DNA of 64,000 nucleotides, taken from positions 7,062-71,061 of the forward strand of contig JAJZAD010000004.1 of assembly GCA_021799575.1 (NCBI GenBank). Direction: 5' to 3'. Positions 55,323-64,000 of this stretch are shown piece by piece. This DNA comes from a bacterium. GTDB lineage: Bacteria; Patescibacteriota; Saccharimonadia; Saccharimonadales; UBA4665. A program made the position numbers and the translations under genes. The number at the start of each line of letters is the position of its first letter. The first letter of the stretch is position 1. Below the pieces are notes generated by a model. The model saw only the letters and a program-made list of their open reading frames with translations, made no database searches and was not told the DNA's origin.

Positions 55323-57107
55323 ATGCCTGAATCGTTTAAACCCGATTTATCTACTGTTACGGGCAGAATTCGATTCTGGTCGTCACTTATTATATTAGCA
55401 CTGATAATTTTCGGAATTAGATTATTTTATGTCCAGGTAATCCGTTATGCTCATTACAAGCAGGCGGCTCTTAATGATCAGTTAAAACAATATCAAATAC
55501 CGGCAACCAGGGGGATTATTGAGGCAGAAGACGGCAGTAGTGACGTACCGATAGTACTAAATCAAAAATTATATACGCTTTTTGCCGACCCGCCGTTTAT
55601 TAAGCATCCGTATAGTGTTGCGCAACAATTAAGTAAAATTATCGGCGGTAATCCCGATAGCTATTTGCCAGCGTTAACGGCTAAAAATACCCAATACTCG
55701 ATAATCGCCTACAAACTGACAGGTGCCCAAAACCAGAAAATTACGGCTTTAAACGATCCGGGATTAGGTACCCAGGGTCAGGATTATCGGGTTTATCCCG
55801 ACGGATCATTAGCGGCTCAAGTGCTCGGGTTCGTTAATAATCAAGGAGTGGGAGAGTATGGTGTAGAGCAGGCACTAAACCCGATCTTAAGTGGTAAACC
55901 CGGCATGCTTAAGGCTATTACCGATATTAACGGAGTACCGTTGGCCGCCAGCAAGGAGAATACGCAAATAGCTCCTACTCCCGGTAGTAATGTGGTATTA
56001 ACGCTGAATTTGGGTATCCAGCAACAAGTGGAAAGTATTTTGGCTAAGGAATATAAGGCTACTAAAAGCCAAGAGTTGAGCGCCATTGTAATGGACCCAT
56101 ATAACGGTCACATCAAGGCTATGGCAAATTATCCTACTTATAATCCTGCAGATTACGCTAATGTATCGAACCCTAAACTTTTCCAGAACTATGCAGTTGA
56201 TTATCCTATTGAACCAGGTTCGGTGATGAAAACTCTTACCACTTCGGCGGCTCTCAACAGTGGAGCGATTACTGCTAACGAGTCATTTTACGATCCAGCA
56301 CACTGGGTTATTGACGGGTTTAATATACACGACATATCTATCGACGGCGGTGCCAGAGAGCAGAATATTCAAAGTATATTGGCACTGTCTTTAAATACCG
56401 GAGCTACCTGGATGTTGATGCAAATGAGCCATAAGGGAGGTACTCAGATTAATGCCCACGGTATAGAAACTTGGCACAATTATATGGTTCAGCACTTTTT
56501 ATTAGGTCAAACTACAGGTATTGAGCAAGGTTATGAAGCTAGCGGTTACGTTCCGCCTGCCAATCTTAACGATCCGAGTATAAATTTACGCTATGCCAAT
56601 ACTGCATTCGGTCAAGGAGTAAGCATAACAGCAATCCAATTAATTTCAGCTCTCTCGAGTGTCTTAAACGGTGGGACGTATTATAAGCCGACATTGATAG
56701 ATAAAATTATTTCTCCCAGCGGTAAGGTGAGCGTCAATAAGCCTAAAGTGGAGGAACGTAACGTAGTCAGTCCGTGGGTAGGAAGAGAACTTGAGCCGTT
56801 AATGGAGGGTGTGGTTAAGGCATATTTACAGGGAGGCTTCTCGTTCATGAATTTCCCGGCCAATTATATAGTTGGCGGAAAGACGGGTACCGCACAGGTT
56901 GCTAAGCCGACAGGAGGATATTACTCAAACATATATAATGGTACGTATATCGGTTTCGTTGGCGGGGATACGCCGCAGTACGTCATCGTGGTTTATAATA
57001 TAAAGCCGAATACTCCTGGTTATGCCGGTTCATACGGCGGTCAGCCTGTTTTTGCCGATATCGCTCATATGTTAATTAACGAAGGATATGTTACTCCAAA
57101 AGAATAA
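55323..57107 (+). CDS. ftsI: Class B penicillin-binding protein (FtsI-like)
   Basis: TM, PATRG, EPGSVMK (SxxK), SLN (SxN), KTGTAQ; dcw position. Confidence 0.92.
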   Translation: MPESFKPDLSTVTGRIRFWSSLIILALIIFGIRLFYVQVIRYAHYKQAALNDQLKQYQIPATRGIIEAEDGSSDVPIVLNQKLYTLFADPPFIKHPYSVAQQLSKIIGGNPDSYLPALTAKNTQYSIIAYKLTGAQNQKITALNDPGLGTQGQDYRVYPDGSLAAQVLGFVNNQGVGEYGVEQALNPILSGKPGMLKAITDINGVPLAASKENTQIAPTPGSNVVLTLNLGIQQQVESILAKEYKATKSQELSAIVMDPYNGHIKAMANYPTYNPADYANVSNPKLFQNYAVDYPIEPGSVMKTLTTSAALNSGAITANESFYDPAHWVIDGFNIHDISIDGGAREQNIQSILALSLNTGATWMLMQMSHKGGTQINAHGIETWHNYMVQHFLLGQTTGIEQGYEASGYVPPANLNDPSINLRYANTAFGQGVSITAIQLISALSSVLNGGTYYKPTLIDKIISPSGKVSVNKPKVEERNVVSPWVGRELEPLMEGVVKAYLQGGFSFMNFPANYIVGGKTGTAQVAKPTGGYYSNIYNGTYIGFVGGDTPQYVIVVYNIKPNTPGYAGSYGGQPVFADIAHMLINEGYVTPKE

Positions 57108-57167
57108 AGTCATCTGTTAATAAATCTTCACCTAGATTATACTTAACAAGATAAGCTGCCAAATAAA

Positions 57168-58196
57168 ATGTTACATTTTACACTTCAAGTCAACAAACTG
57201 GTAAATGTCTTACTGCTAGGAGTTTTAGGGTTTGGATTAACGATGGCACTAACACCTATCTATACTACTTTGGCGTACAAGTATAAATGGTGGAAAAAAC
57301 AGCGCAAAGAGGCTTGGAGTGGGGGCGAAGCAACCGTGTACAACCGATTGCATGCTGCAAAGCATAAACGCAACATACCTAACATGGCCGGGATAGTTTT
57401 TGTTTTCTCGATAGCTATTATCACGCTTGTGATGAATCTTAAGCGACAGCAAACGTGGTTGCCACTAGCAGGTATGGTGGCGGCAGGACTGATCGGTCTG
57501 GCGGATGACATTATGAATATCAGGGGTGATAATGCTAAGGTTGCGGGTATGCGAGCAAAAGTTAAGTTTGTGCTCTATAGTATAGTCGGTTTGGTTGGCG
57601 GTGTCTGGTTTTATGAAAAACTTAACGTACATTCAATTTACTTACCCTGGGTTCATGAATGGAATATCGGTTTTGGAATTATTATTTTATTTTGGTTTGT
57701 AGTTGTAGCCACCGCCAATTCAGTTAATATAACCGATGGATTAGATGGACTTGCCGGCGGGTTACTGGCCTCTTCATTTTTGGTGTATACCTTTATCTGT
57801 GGCTCTCAAGGCAAATACGTACTGGCCGGTTTTTGTCTAACCGTTGTCGGTGCCATTTTAAGCTATACCTGGTTTAATATTTATCCTGCACGTTTCTTTA
57901 TGGGAGACGTGGGGTCCTTTGCTTTGGGTACTGCCCTAGGCATTATCGCCATGCAGACGGATACCGTGTATATCTTACCGATCATAGGCGCGGTGTACGT
58001 AATTGAAACCGGGTCGGTTATTGTCAATCGACTGTCAAAGAAGATTCGTCATGGCAAGAAAGTCTTTCTGTCTTCACCTATTCACCATCATTTTGAAGCA
58101 TTAGGCTGGCCGGAAACTAAAGTAACGATGCGGTTCTGGATCTTAGGACAAATAGCTGCGGTGATCGGTTTAGTGGTTTATCTGGCAGGGAAGTAG
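57168..58196 (+). CDS. mraY: Phospho-N-acetylmuramoyl-pentapeptide transferase
   Basis: GLADD, NSVNITDGLDGL, FMGDVGS, PIHHHFE, ETKVTMRFW. Confidence 0.97.
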   Translation: MLHFTLQVNKLVNVLLLGVLGFGLTMALTPIYTTLAYKYKWWKKQRKEAWSGGEATVYNRLHAAKHKRNIPNMAGIVFVFSIAIITLVMNLKRQQTWLPLAGMVAAGLIGLADDIMNIRGDNAKVAGMRAKVKFVLYSIVGLVGGVWFYEKLNVHSIYLPWVHEWNIGFGIIILFWFVVVATANSVNITDGLDGLAGGLLASSFLVYTFICGSQGKYVLAGFCLTVVGAILSYTWFNIYPARFFMGDVGSFALGTALGIIAMQTDTVYILPIIGAVYVIETGSVIVNRLSKKIRHGKKVFLSSPIHHHFEALGWPETKVTMRFWILGQIAAVIGLVVYLAGK

Positions 58197-58198
58197 TA

Positions 58199-59497
58199 TT
58201 GCAAGGTATGCTCAATAGAATTAGCAATACTATCTTCTCCTCAGGGCGAAAAAGTCTAGCATCTGATGGTGAAACCTTAACATCCGTTCGTCGTCACCAA
58301 CCGGATCATTGGTTATTAATCGAATGCTTAATCCTGCTGGCAATTGGTTTAGCTTTAATTTATTCTATCAGCCCGGCTTTAGCGGATACTACGGGTGTTA
58401 GCGGCAGTTATTATATCGTTAGGCAGGTGATAGCGGTCGCTCTTGCGCTCGTCGCATTCTTTATAACGTATAAATTTCCGATTGCAAAATGGCGAGCATA
58501 TTATAAGTGGCTCTTGGCGGCTGCCGCCTTATGTACGCTTATTGCTATAGTATTGCCTGTAAATCCGAACTATCCGGCACATCGTTGGGTAAGATTTGCC
58601 GGTTTCTCATTTGAATCGGTCGAACTGCTGATTTTTGCCCTACTAGTTTGGTTTGCCCATTTTTTGGCGGTGCGAATAAAAAATGGCACTATTACTAATT
58701 TTACCAAGACTATTCGACCTATACTGGGAGTACTGTTAATAATTGCCGGCATAGTAGCTATTATCCAAAGTGATCTAGGGTCAACAGGTGTAATAGTGGC
58801 CATGATGGGAGTAATGTTGTTTGTCGCCGGGATACCTCTCAAGCGAATTATGATAATAGCGGCCGTAATCGTAGGATTGGTAATAATTTCGGTAATTGCT
58901 TTCCCTTATCGATTAGCTAGAATAGAGACATTTTTACACCCGACTTCAAATTGTCAAACCACCGGCTACCAGGCATGCCAAGCTATGATCGCAGTAGGTA
59001 GTGGCGGAATTAGTGGCTTGGGTTTAGGGAGCGGAGTTCAGGCATACGGTTACCTACCCGAAGCAGATAATGATTCTATCTTTGCTATTTACGCCGAAAA
59101 GTTCGGTTTCATAGGATCGATTATCTTACTGATATTGTTTGCTGGTTTGTTTTGGCGGATGGCGAAGATATCTGAAGGGGCACCTGATGATTTTTCCAAG
59201 CTGATAGTAGTTGGAGCATTGGTTTGGATGAGCACCGAAACACTGATCAACATAGGGGCAATGATCGGTCTGTTGCCATTAAAAGGTATAACCTTGCCGT
59301 TTATTAGCTATGGGGGTACGTCAGTAGTATTCTTTGCTGCCTCTTTAGGCCTTGTATATCAAGTTTCATGCTATACTCCACGCGTATCATTAAAAGATTT
59401 GAAACGTATACGAAGAAGGGCGGCTAGCGATGACTATAGTAGTTACGGGCGGCGGATCAGGGGGGCATATCACTCCGATCTTGGCGGTCGCGGCTGA
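58199..59497 (+). CDS. ftsW: SEDS peptidoglycan polymerase FtsW
   Basis: QSDLGS, GYQACQA, YLPEADNDSIF, LPLKGITLPFISYGG; dcw position. Confidence 0.93.
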   Translation: MQGMLNRISNTIFSSGRKSLASDGETLTSVRRHQPDHWLLIECLILLAIGLALIYSISPALADTTGVSGSYYIVRQVIAVALALVAFFITYKFPIAKWRAYYKWLLAAAALCTLIAIVLPVNPNYPAHRWVRFAGFSFESVELLIFALLVWFAHFLAVRIKNGTITNFTKTIRPILGVLLIIAGIVAIIQSDLGSTGVIVAMMGVMLFVAGIPLKRIMIIAAVIVGLVIISVIAFPYRLARIETFLHPTSNCQTTGYQACQAMIAVGSGGISGLGLGSGVQAYGYLPEADNDSIFAIYAEKFGFIGSIILLILFAGLFWRMAKISEGAPDDFSKLIVVGALVWMSTETLINIGAMIGLLPLKGITLPFISYGGTSVVFFAASLGLVYQVSCYTPRVSLKDLKRIRRRAASDDYSSYGRRIRGAYHSDLGGRG

Positions 59498-60602
59498 AAT
59501 TAAAAAGCTTTCTCCTGATACAAGGATTGTATTTATCGGTCAGAAAGGCGGACACCTATTAGATATCGTGGAACAGGACCCGTATATTGATTCTAGTTAT
59601 CAAATTTCGGCCGGAAAGTTTCGGCGGTATCACGGGGAAGGCCTGACCCAATTATTGGATTTTAATACCCAGTATAAGAATGTAAAAGATTTATTTAGAA
59701 CAGTAAGTGGTTTAACTCAGAGCTGGCGTTTACTCGCTAAAATTCGACCAGCGGTAGTATTTACTCGAGGAGGATATGTAAGTGTTCCAGTGGCTTTAGC
59801 GGCCTGGTTGAGACATATACCTTATATTACTCACGATTCTGATTCTATGCCCAGTCTTGCTAACCGAATTATCGCCCCTAAGGCAGCAAAACACGCTGTT
59901 GCTCTTGAGCCTAGTATGTATCCCTATCCTTTATCTAAGACCGTTAGAGTAGGCGTTCCGATTAGTTCGAAATTTCAAACTGTTGATGATCAGACAAAGC
60001 AGCGGTTTAAAAAAGAGATAGCATTAGATAAGTTTAAACAAATGCTATTCGTGACAGGCGGCGGTAATGGTGCTGAGCAACTCAACAGTTTAGTTAAAAA
60101 TAATGTTGAGTACCTGCTTAAGAAGTTTCCTCAATTAGTGATAGTACATATAGCAGGGAGGAATTTATCTGAAGCCTTAGAGAAGGAATATGACAATTTA
60201 TTGCGTCCTGGACTTAGGAAAAGGGTAATAGTGAAGGATTTTGTTACTGATCTATACCGATATAGTGGTGCAGCAGATATCATTATTGCCAGGGGAGGAG
60301 CTACCAATTTGACCGAATTCGCAGCTCAGAGAAAAACCTGTATCATCATTCCATCCAGCCGGTTAATATGGAACTTACGGAATGCCCACGCCTTAGCTAA
60401 ACAAAACGCAATTATTGAACTTAGCGAAGATCAAGCCGAGCAAGAACTTAGGCTTGCACACATTGTTTCCGATTTACTTGATCATAAAGAGAGCAGGGAA
60501 GAATTGGAAACAAATTTTGCTCAATTTTATGTACCCGATGCAGCCAAAAAAATTGCTGAACTTTTACTTGAAATCGCTTATACATCTGAGGTAAATAAGT
60601 AG
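59430..60602 (+). CDS. murG: MurG glycosyltransferase
   Basis: TGGGSGGHITP, GGYVSVP, HDSD, TGGGNGA, ARGGA. Confidence 0.95.
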   Translation: MTIVVTGGGSGGHITPILAVAAEIKKLSPDTRIVFIGQKGGHLLDIVEQDPYIDSSYQISAGKFRRYHGEGLTQLLDFNTQYKNVKDLFRTVSGLTQSWRLLAKIRPAVVFTRGGYVSVPVALAAWLRHIPYITHDSDSMPSLANRIIAPKAAKHAVALEPSMYPYPLSKTVRVGVPISSKFQTVDDQTKQRFKKEIALDKFKQMLFVTGGGNGAEQLNSLVKNNVEYLLKKFPQLVIVHIAGRNLSEALEKEYDNLLRPGLRKRVIVKDFVTDLYRYSGAADIIIARGGATNLTEFAAQRKTCIIIPSSRLIWNLRNAHALAKQNAIIELSEDQAEQELRLAHIVSDLLDHKESREELETNFAQFYVPDAAKKIAELLLEIAYTSEVNK

Positions 60603-60605
60603 CAT

Positions 60606-61553
60606 ATGAAATTCGGTTTCAAAAAAAATCTACCTAAAACAGCTAGACAGGCTGACGCTAGATCAACAAATGAGCCATTACCAATAAACAGTTATTATTA
60701 TTCTCGCAGTCCAATACTACGGCCGGTTAAAGAGGGAGGCAAACAAACTGTTTCTAATTCACGGTCTGAGACAGCTGATAATAAACGAGTTAACAGATAC
60801 AAACGTTGGTTAATGCCATTCGGCTTGGTTGCTTTGATCATAGTAGTCTTGGCGGTTGTCTTAGGCATTAACGGTACTCCTAAAGTAGTAGTTATAGAAC
60901 CGACTAACTTTAATTACGAACCCCACACGCTGAATCAATATAGGACGGCTGCAGCAAACGCTATTAATTCATCTTTGTTTAACAAGTTTAAGTTAACATT
61001 TAGTTCGAGCGATATAGCTGACCAACTGAAAAAAGAATTTCCAGAAATAGAATATGCGTCGTCAACTTATTCACTTATAGGACCGACCCCGGTAGTCTAT
61101 ATACAGTTGTATCGTCCGGAATTGATATACATATCCAGTAGTGGACAAAGTTACATCCTAAACCATGCCGGTGACGTCATCGCTAGTAGCTCTTCGCTGG
61201 ACGTCAATGAACAAAAATCTTTGGCTAAAGTAACCTCTACGGTTGCAGGTGATCCGTCAATCGGTTCGCAAGTGTTAACCTCTAGCGATGTAGCATTCAT
61301 CGCGACAGTGTGGGAAGCGCTTAATGCCAAAAGCATAGCTATAAATAAGATGTCTCTGGTTCCTATGGCTGAGGAACTAGATGTGTATCCGGCAGCAGCC
61401 AGCTACTTTATTAAGTTCAATTTGCACGAAACTGATGCTTTACAGCAGGTAGGCACATATCTTGCGGCGATAGCCACTATTAAACAACAGCATCAACCCA
61501 TGCCCACTCAATATGTAGACGTAAGAGTGGATGGCAGGGCATACTACAAATAA
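60606..61553 (+). CDS. FtsQ/DivIB-like protein
   Basis: Cytoplasmic N-terminus, one TM, POTRA-like region, C-terminal YVDVR motif; after murG. Confidence 0.65.
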   Translation: MKFGFKKNLPKTARQADARSTNEPLPINSYYYSRSPILRPVKEGGKQTVSNSRSETADNKRVNRYKRWLMPFGLVALIIVVLAVVLGINGTPKVVVIEPTNFNYEPHTLNQYRTAAANAINSSLFNKFKLTFSSSDIADQLKKEFPEIEYASSTYSLIGPTPVVYIQLYRPELIYISSSGQSYILNHAGDVIASSSSLDVNEQKSLAKVTSTVAGDPSIGSQVLTSSDVAFIATVWEALNAKSIAINKMSLVPMAEELDVYPAAASYFIKFNLHETDALQQVGTYLAAIATIKQQHQPMPTQYVDVRVDGRAYYK

Positions 61554-61632
61554 CTATAGTTATAGACCCTTATACAAGTTAATAAGTAAGTATAGTAGCC
61601 TAAGAAACCAAAACAAAAATTTAATAGACGAT

Positions 61633-61765
61633 TCCCCGGTTCTACCCTAGTAGTTCGTAATTTGTTCACTAATGAAAAAATAAACGGTTCAGGAGAATAT
61701 TAATATAAAAATAGTATTTTCTTTAAAAAGCAAATTTTTAGAGATAGAGAAGGCAGGATAGGGGA
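61633..61765 (+). ncRNA. Candidate nested rod-like RNA
   Basis: Nested helices 61633-37/61761-65, 61640-46/61752-58, 61659-66/61729-36, 61692-702/61712-22. Confidence 0.3.
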
Positions 61766-62281
61766 CAAATATAAATAAATTAAAATCGACAAAATGCAAA
61801 TTCCTAGATACTTATCTGTGGATAACTATATGTTCAATATGTTATCTTACTTTTGTCAAAATACTTACAGACCGGTGTTTATTAATTAATTTTAAAAATA
61901 TCAGCCTTAATTAGAGTGTTAACTAGCTTAATCCATGAAAAAATTATTAAGGCCTATAAATTTTTTAGGGCAAAATCTAAAAATACGATTTATACTTCCC
62001 TGCAATAGGGGTATTGTTACTAAACTACAGCAAGATATACCATGTCGTAAAAGATATATTGTGCGACATCCAGTTGATATCTCTTTCTAGTTCTCTTTCA
62101 TGCCAGTTTTCGAAGCTTACTTTTCTAACCGTCATTTTTTTAGACTATTTTTTAATTCCACCCTTTTTATTAGCAACCTGTTTATTTTTTACTGCCTTCT
62201 ATCAATGTTGTCTACTTAGATACCGGCAACTACTTGTTCGTAAAATGTTTAGATAATTAACAATGTTATTTTTCTTTTGGT

Positions 62282-63325
62282 TTATTTGGATTCATCCAAA
62301 GCATAAGTCGCTTTAGCTACACGCCGGAATTGCGGTTTACCCTGTAGGTTAAGTAATATCGTAGCCTCTTTTACGAAACGGCTTTTCAGTACCCGTTTAA
62401 CAATCTCGTCTCTATGCAGGGGTTGATTAGCTTCTCTTAGCACCTGACTGATGATATCGGCTACTGTGCCTTTTTCATAACCCCATTCCCTTAAAGCGTA
62501 AATCCCGCGACCGATCAGCACAAAACGCTTATCTTTGATTAATTCGTTGTGTATTGCTTGGGTTGTAACGTTTTTGCGTTTAAAGTCACTTTGCTTTATC
62601 GCCTCGGCAATTTCGTTAAAGTGCATATGATGGCCGTTTTGGCTAAGGATAACGTATATTTTGTCACGGATATTTTTAGGGTTGACCAATGGCCATTTAA
62701 TGAGTCCCCACTGCTCGTTTAATTTAGCCAAGTGTTTAGAAGTACTGGCTAACGCCTCGGCTTTTTTCAAGTCTTCTATACCCGCCTGTTTAGCAATGAA
62801 GTCAATTTTCTTCGGTTCGCCGATTTTAGTAACAACCGTTACAATGTTAGCCGAGGCTTGTTTAAGGGATTTCTCCGTAAACGCCTTACTGTCGGCTACA
62901 CTGGCATAATTGTTATCATCATCGGTGATTAAAATAAGATCGGGGCACAGGTCGCACAGGAACGCTACCCTTGACTGTTCGTTCCGATCCGAATTACTAA
63001 CTAATTGAGTAGTTAAATCGATTACCCTGATCACTTGACCGTTTTTTGCTAAAATAGGTAGAATTCTCGTTTGGAAATTATCAATCCCCGGTAATTTGTG
63101 CTCCTTCCCTGCCACTCTGAGTTTTTGGATCACCGATTTCTCGAGTTGTCGAACTCTTTCTCTCGTTATACCCAACAATTCACCAATTTGTTCCAAGGTT
63201 TCTTTGCGCTCAAACAAACCAAAACGTCGGGAAATGATTTCTCTTTCCCGATCTCGTTCTATATAACGGAGGACCCCGTTAACAAGATCTTTAGTGGATA
63301 TTTGATTGCTAGAATTGTCGGTCAT
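62282..63325 (-). CDS. Sigma70 region-4 HTH fused to HARE-type winged-helix domains
   Basis: RRFGL...ETLEQIGELLGITRERVRQLE; C-terminal HFNEIA...IHNELIKDKRFVLIGRGIYAL repeat; ATG 63325 preferred. Confidence 0.85.
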   Translation of the reverse strand: MTDNSSNQISTKDLVNGVLRYIERDREREIISRRFGLFERKETLEQIGELLGITRERVRQLEKSVIQKLRVAGKEHKLPGIDNFQTRILPILAKNGQVIRVIDLTTQLVSNSDRNEQSRVAFLCDLCPDLILITDDDNNYASVADSKAFTEKSLKQASANIVTVVTKIGEPKKIDFIAKQAGIEDLKKAEALASTSKHLAKLNEQWGLIKWPLVNPKNIRDKIYVILSQNGHHMHFNEIAEAIKQSDFKRKNVTTQAIHNELIKDKRFVLIGRGIYALREWGYEKGTVADIISQVLREANQPLHRDEIVKRVLKSRFVKEATILLNLQGKPQFRRVAKATYALDESK

Positions 63326-63483
63326 AGCTATATTTCTCACCAGCACTTTAATTATATTATATAACACATGCTCTAAAAAAGCAAAACTAGCTTTTTATAA
63401 TATTATTCTAGCACATTAATGACTACCGTGCATAGACGATGTTATAGGAGTTAAACAATGTCACAGAGTTGTAGGAGTTTAAA

Positions 63484-63999
63484 CTATTTGTTCTGCTTTC
63501 TATGATAGCGCCGCTTTTTGTTTGGTGCTTTCGCTAATATATCTTCAGCCTCTTGCTGAGTAATTAAAGCCGGGTCTTTACCCTTATCGATTCTTACATT
63601 TCGTTTTCCGTCGGTTATATATGGACCATAAGGGCCATTTAATATCTTCATACCCTGCTCTAAATCTTTAATTAGTCTGCTTGATTCTCGTTTTACCTTT
63701 TCTGTTAATAATTGTCTGGCGGTTACTTCGTCGATGGTATGCGGGTCGTACCCTTTAATGGAGACAGATATCTTACCGGTTTTAATGTAAGGACCGAAAC
63801 GACCGATGTTAGCTTGGATTTTTTCCCCTTTTGCGGTCTTACCTACGACCCGAGGCAGCTTAAACATGTTAAGCGCCTGCTCAAGGGTTACCGTCTCGAT
63901 ACTACTTCCCTCTGGCATCGAAGCAAACTCAGGCTTCTCTTCTTGCGTAGTTTCCCCTCTTTGAAGCATCGGGCCGAAACGTCCAAAGCGAGCATAAAT
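63484..63999 (-). CDS. topA: DNA topoisomerase I C-terminal repeats (partial, continues beyond window)
   Basis: Repeats GRFGPML, GRFGPYI, GPYGPYI with TLEQAL-type helices; frame open to the window edge. Confidence 0.88.
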   Translation of the reverse strand: MYARFGRFGPMLQRGETTQEEKPEFASMPEGSSIETVTLEQALNMFKLPRVVGKTAKGEKIQANIGRFGPYIKTGKISVSIKGYDPHTIDEVTARQLLTEKVKRESSRLIKDLEQGMKILNGPYGPYITDGKRNVRIDKGKDPALITQQEAEDILAKAPNKKRRYHRKQNK

Positions 64000-64000
64000 C

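Noticed and set aside
62025..62135. 36-codon minus-strand ORF MTVRKVSFENWHERELERDINW...
   Set aside because: No properly spaced SD and no recognisable homology; cannot be supported without conservation data
62014..62256. 80-aa hydrophobic + strand ORF
   Set aside because: TTG start, no SD, composition reflects T-rich intergenic DNA
691..63364. Numerous 60-165 aa ORFs antisense to or overlapping housekeeping genes (e.g. 691-1032, 19981-20475, 22679-23092, 31388-31825)
   Set aside because: Shadow ORFs of well-supported genes with no motifs of their own
1..64000. Alternative genetic code 25 (TGA=Gly) as in Gracilibacteria/Absconditabacteria
   Set aside because: TGA terminates ileS, proS, mraZ and rsmH at expected lengths, and RF2 is encoded

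Overview
A 64 kb chromosomal segment of a reduced-genome bacterium, most likely Patescibacteria (CPR) and probably Saccharibacteria-like. This is inferred from gene content and order: the dcw cluster lacks the mur ligases, tsf-frr-rseP lacks pyrH/uppS/cdsA, and there is a type 2 IleRS, an alpha2 GlyRS and a sigma4-HARE-HTH protein. Genetic code is 11 (TGA stops are used and prfB is present). Most genes are housekeeping: cell division (ftsA, ftsZ, ftsEX, mraZ-rsmH-ftsL-ftsI-mraY-ftsW-murG-ftsQ-like), nrdR plus a class II RNR, five aminoacyl-tRNA synthetases, translation factors, parAB, secA, xseAB, recO, the topA 3' end and many proteases. I found no rRNA, tRNA, CRISPR array or transposase. The most interesting signals are: (1) a translationally coupled pseudo-histidine-kinase / pseudo-receiver / recO operon in which both phospho-acceptor residues appear replaced by Glu; (2) a ~250 nt structured RNA element between mraZ and rsmH, closed by a ~24 bp long-range helix and containing anti-SD-like motifs; (3) an ileS T-box with an ultra-short Stem I and an unusual terminator-type switch; (4) a promoter-and-terminator-bounded multi-hairpin sRNA candidate upstream of parA; (5) a 19-codon ORF inside the dcw cluster; (6) pervasive leaderless or very short-leader gene starts. 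All calls come from reading the sequence by eye; no database searches or folding programs were run.
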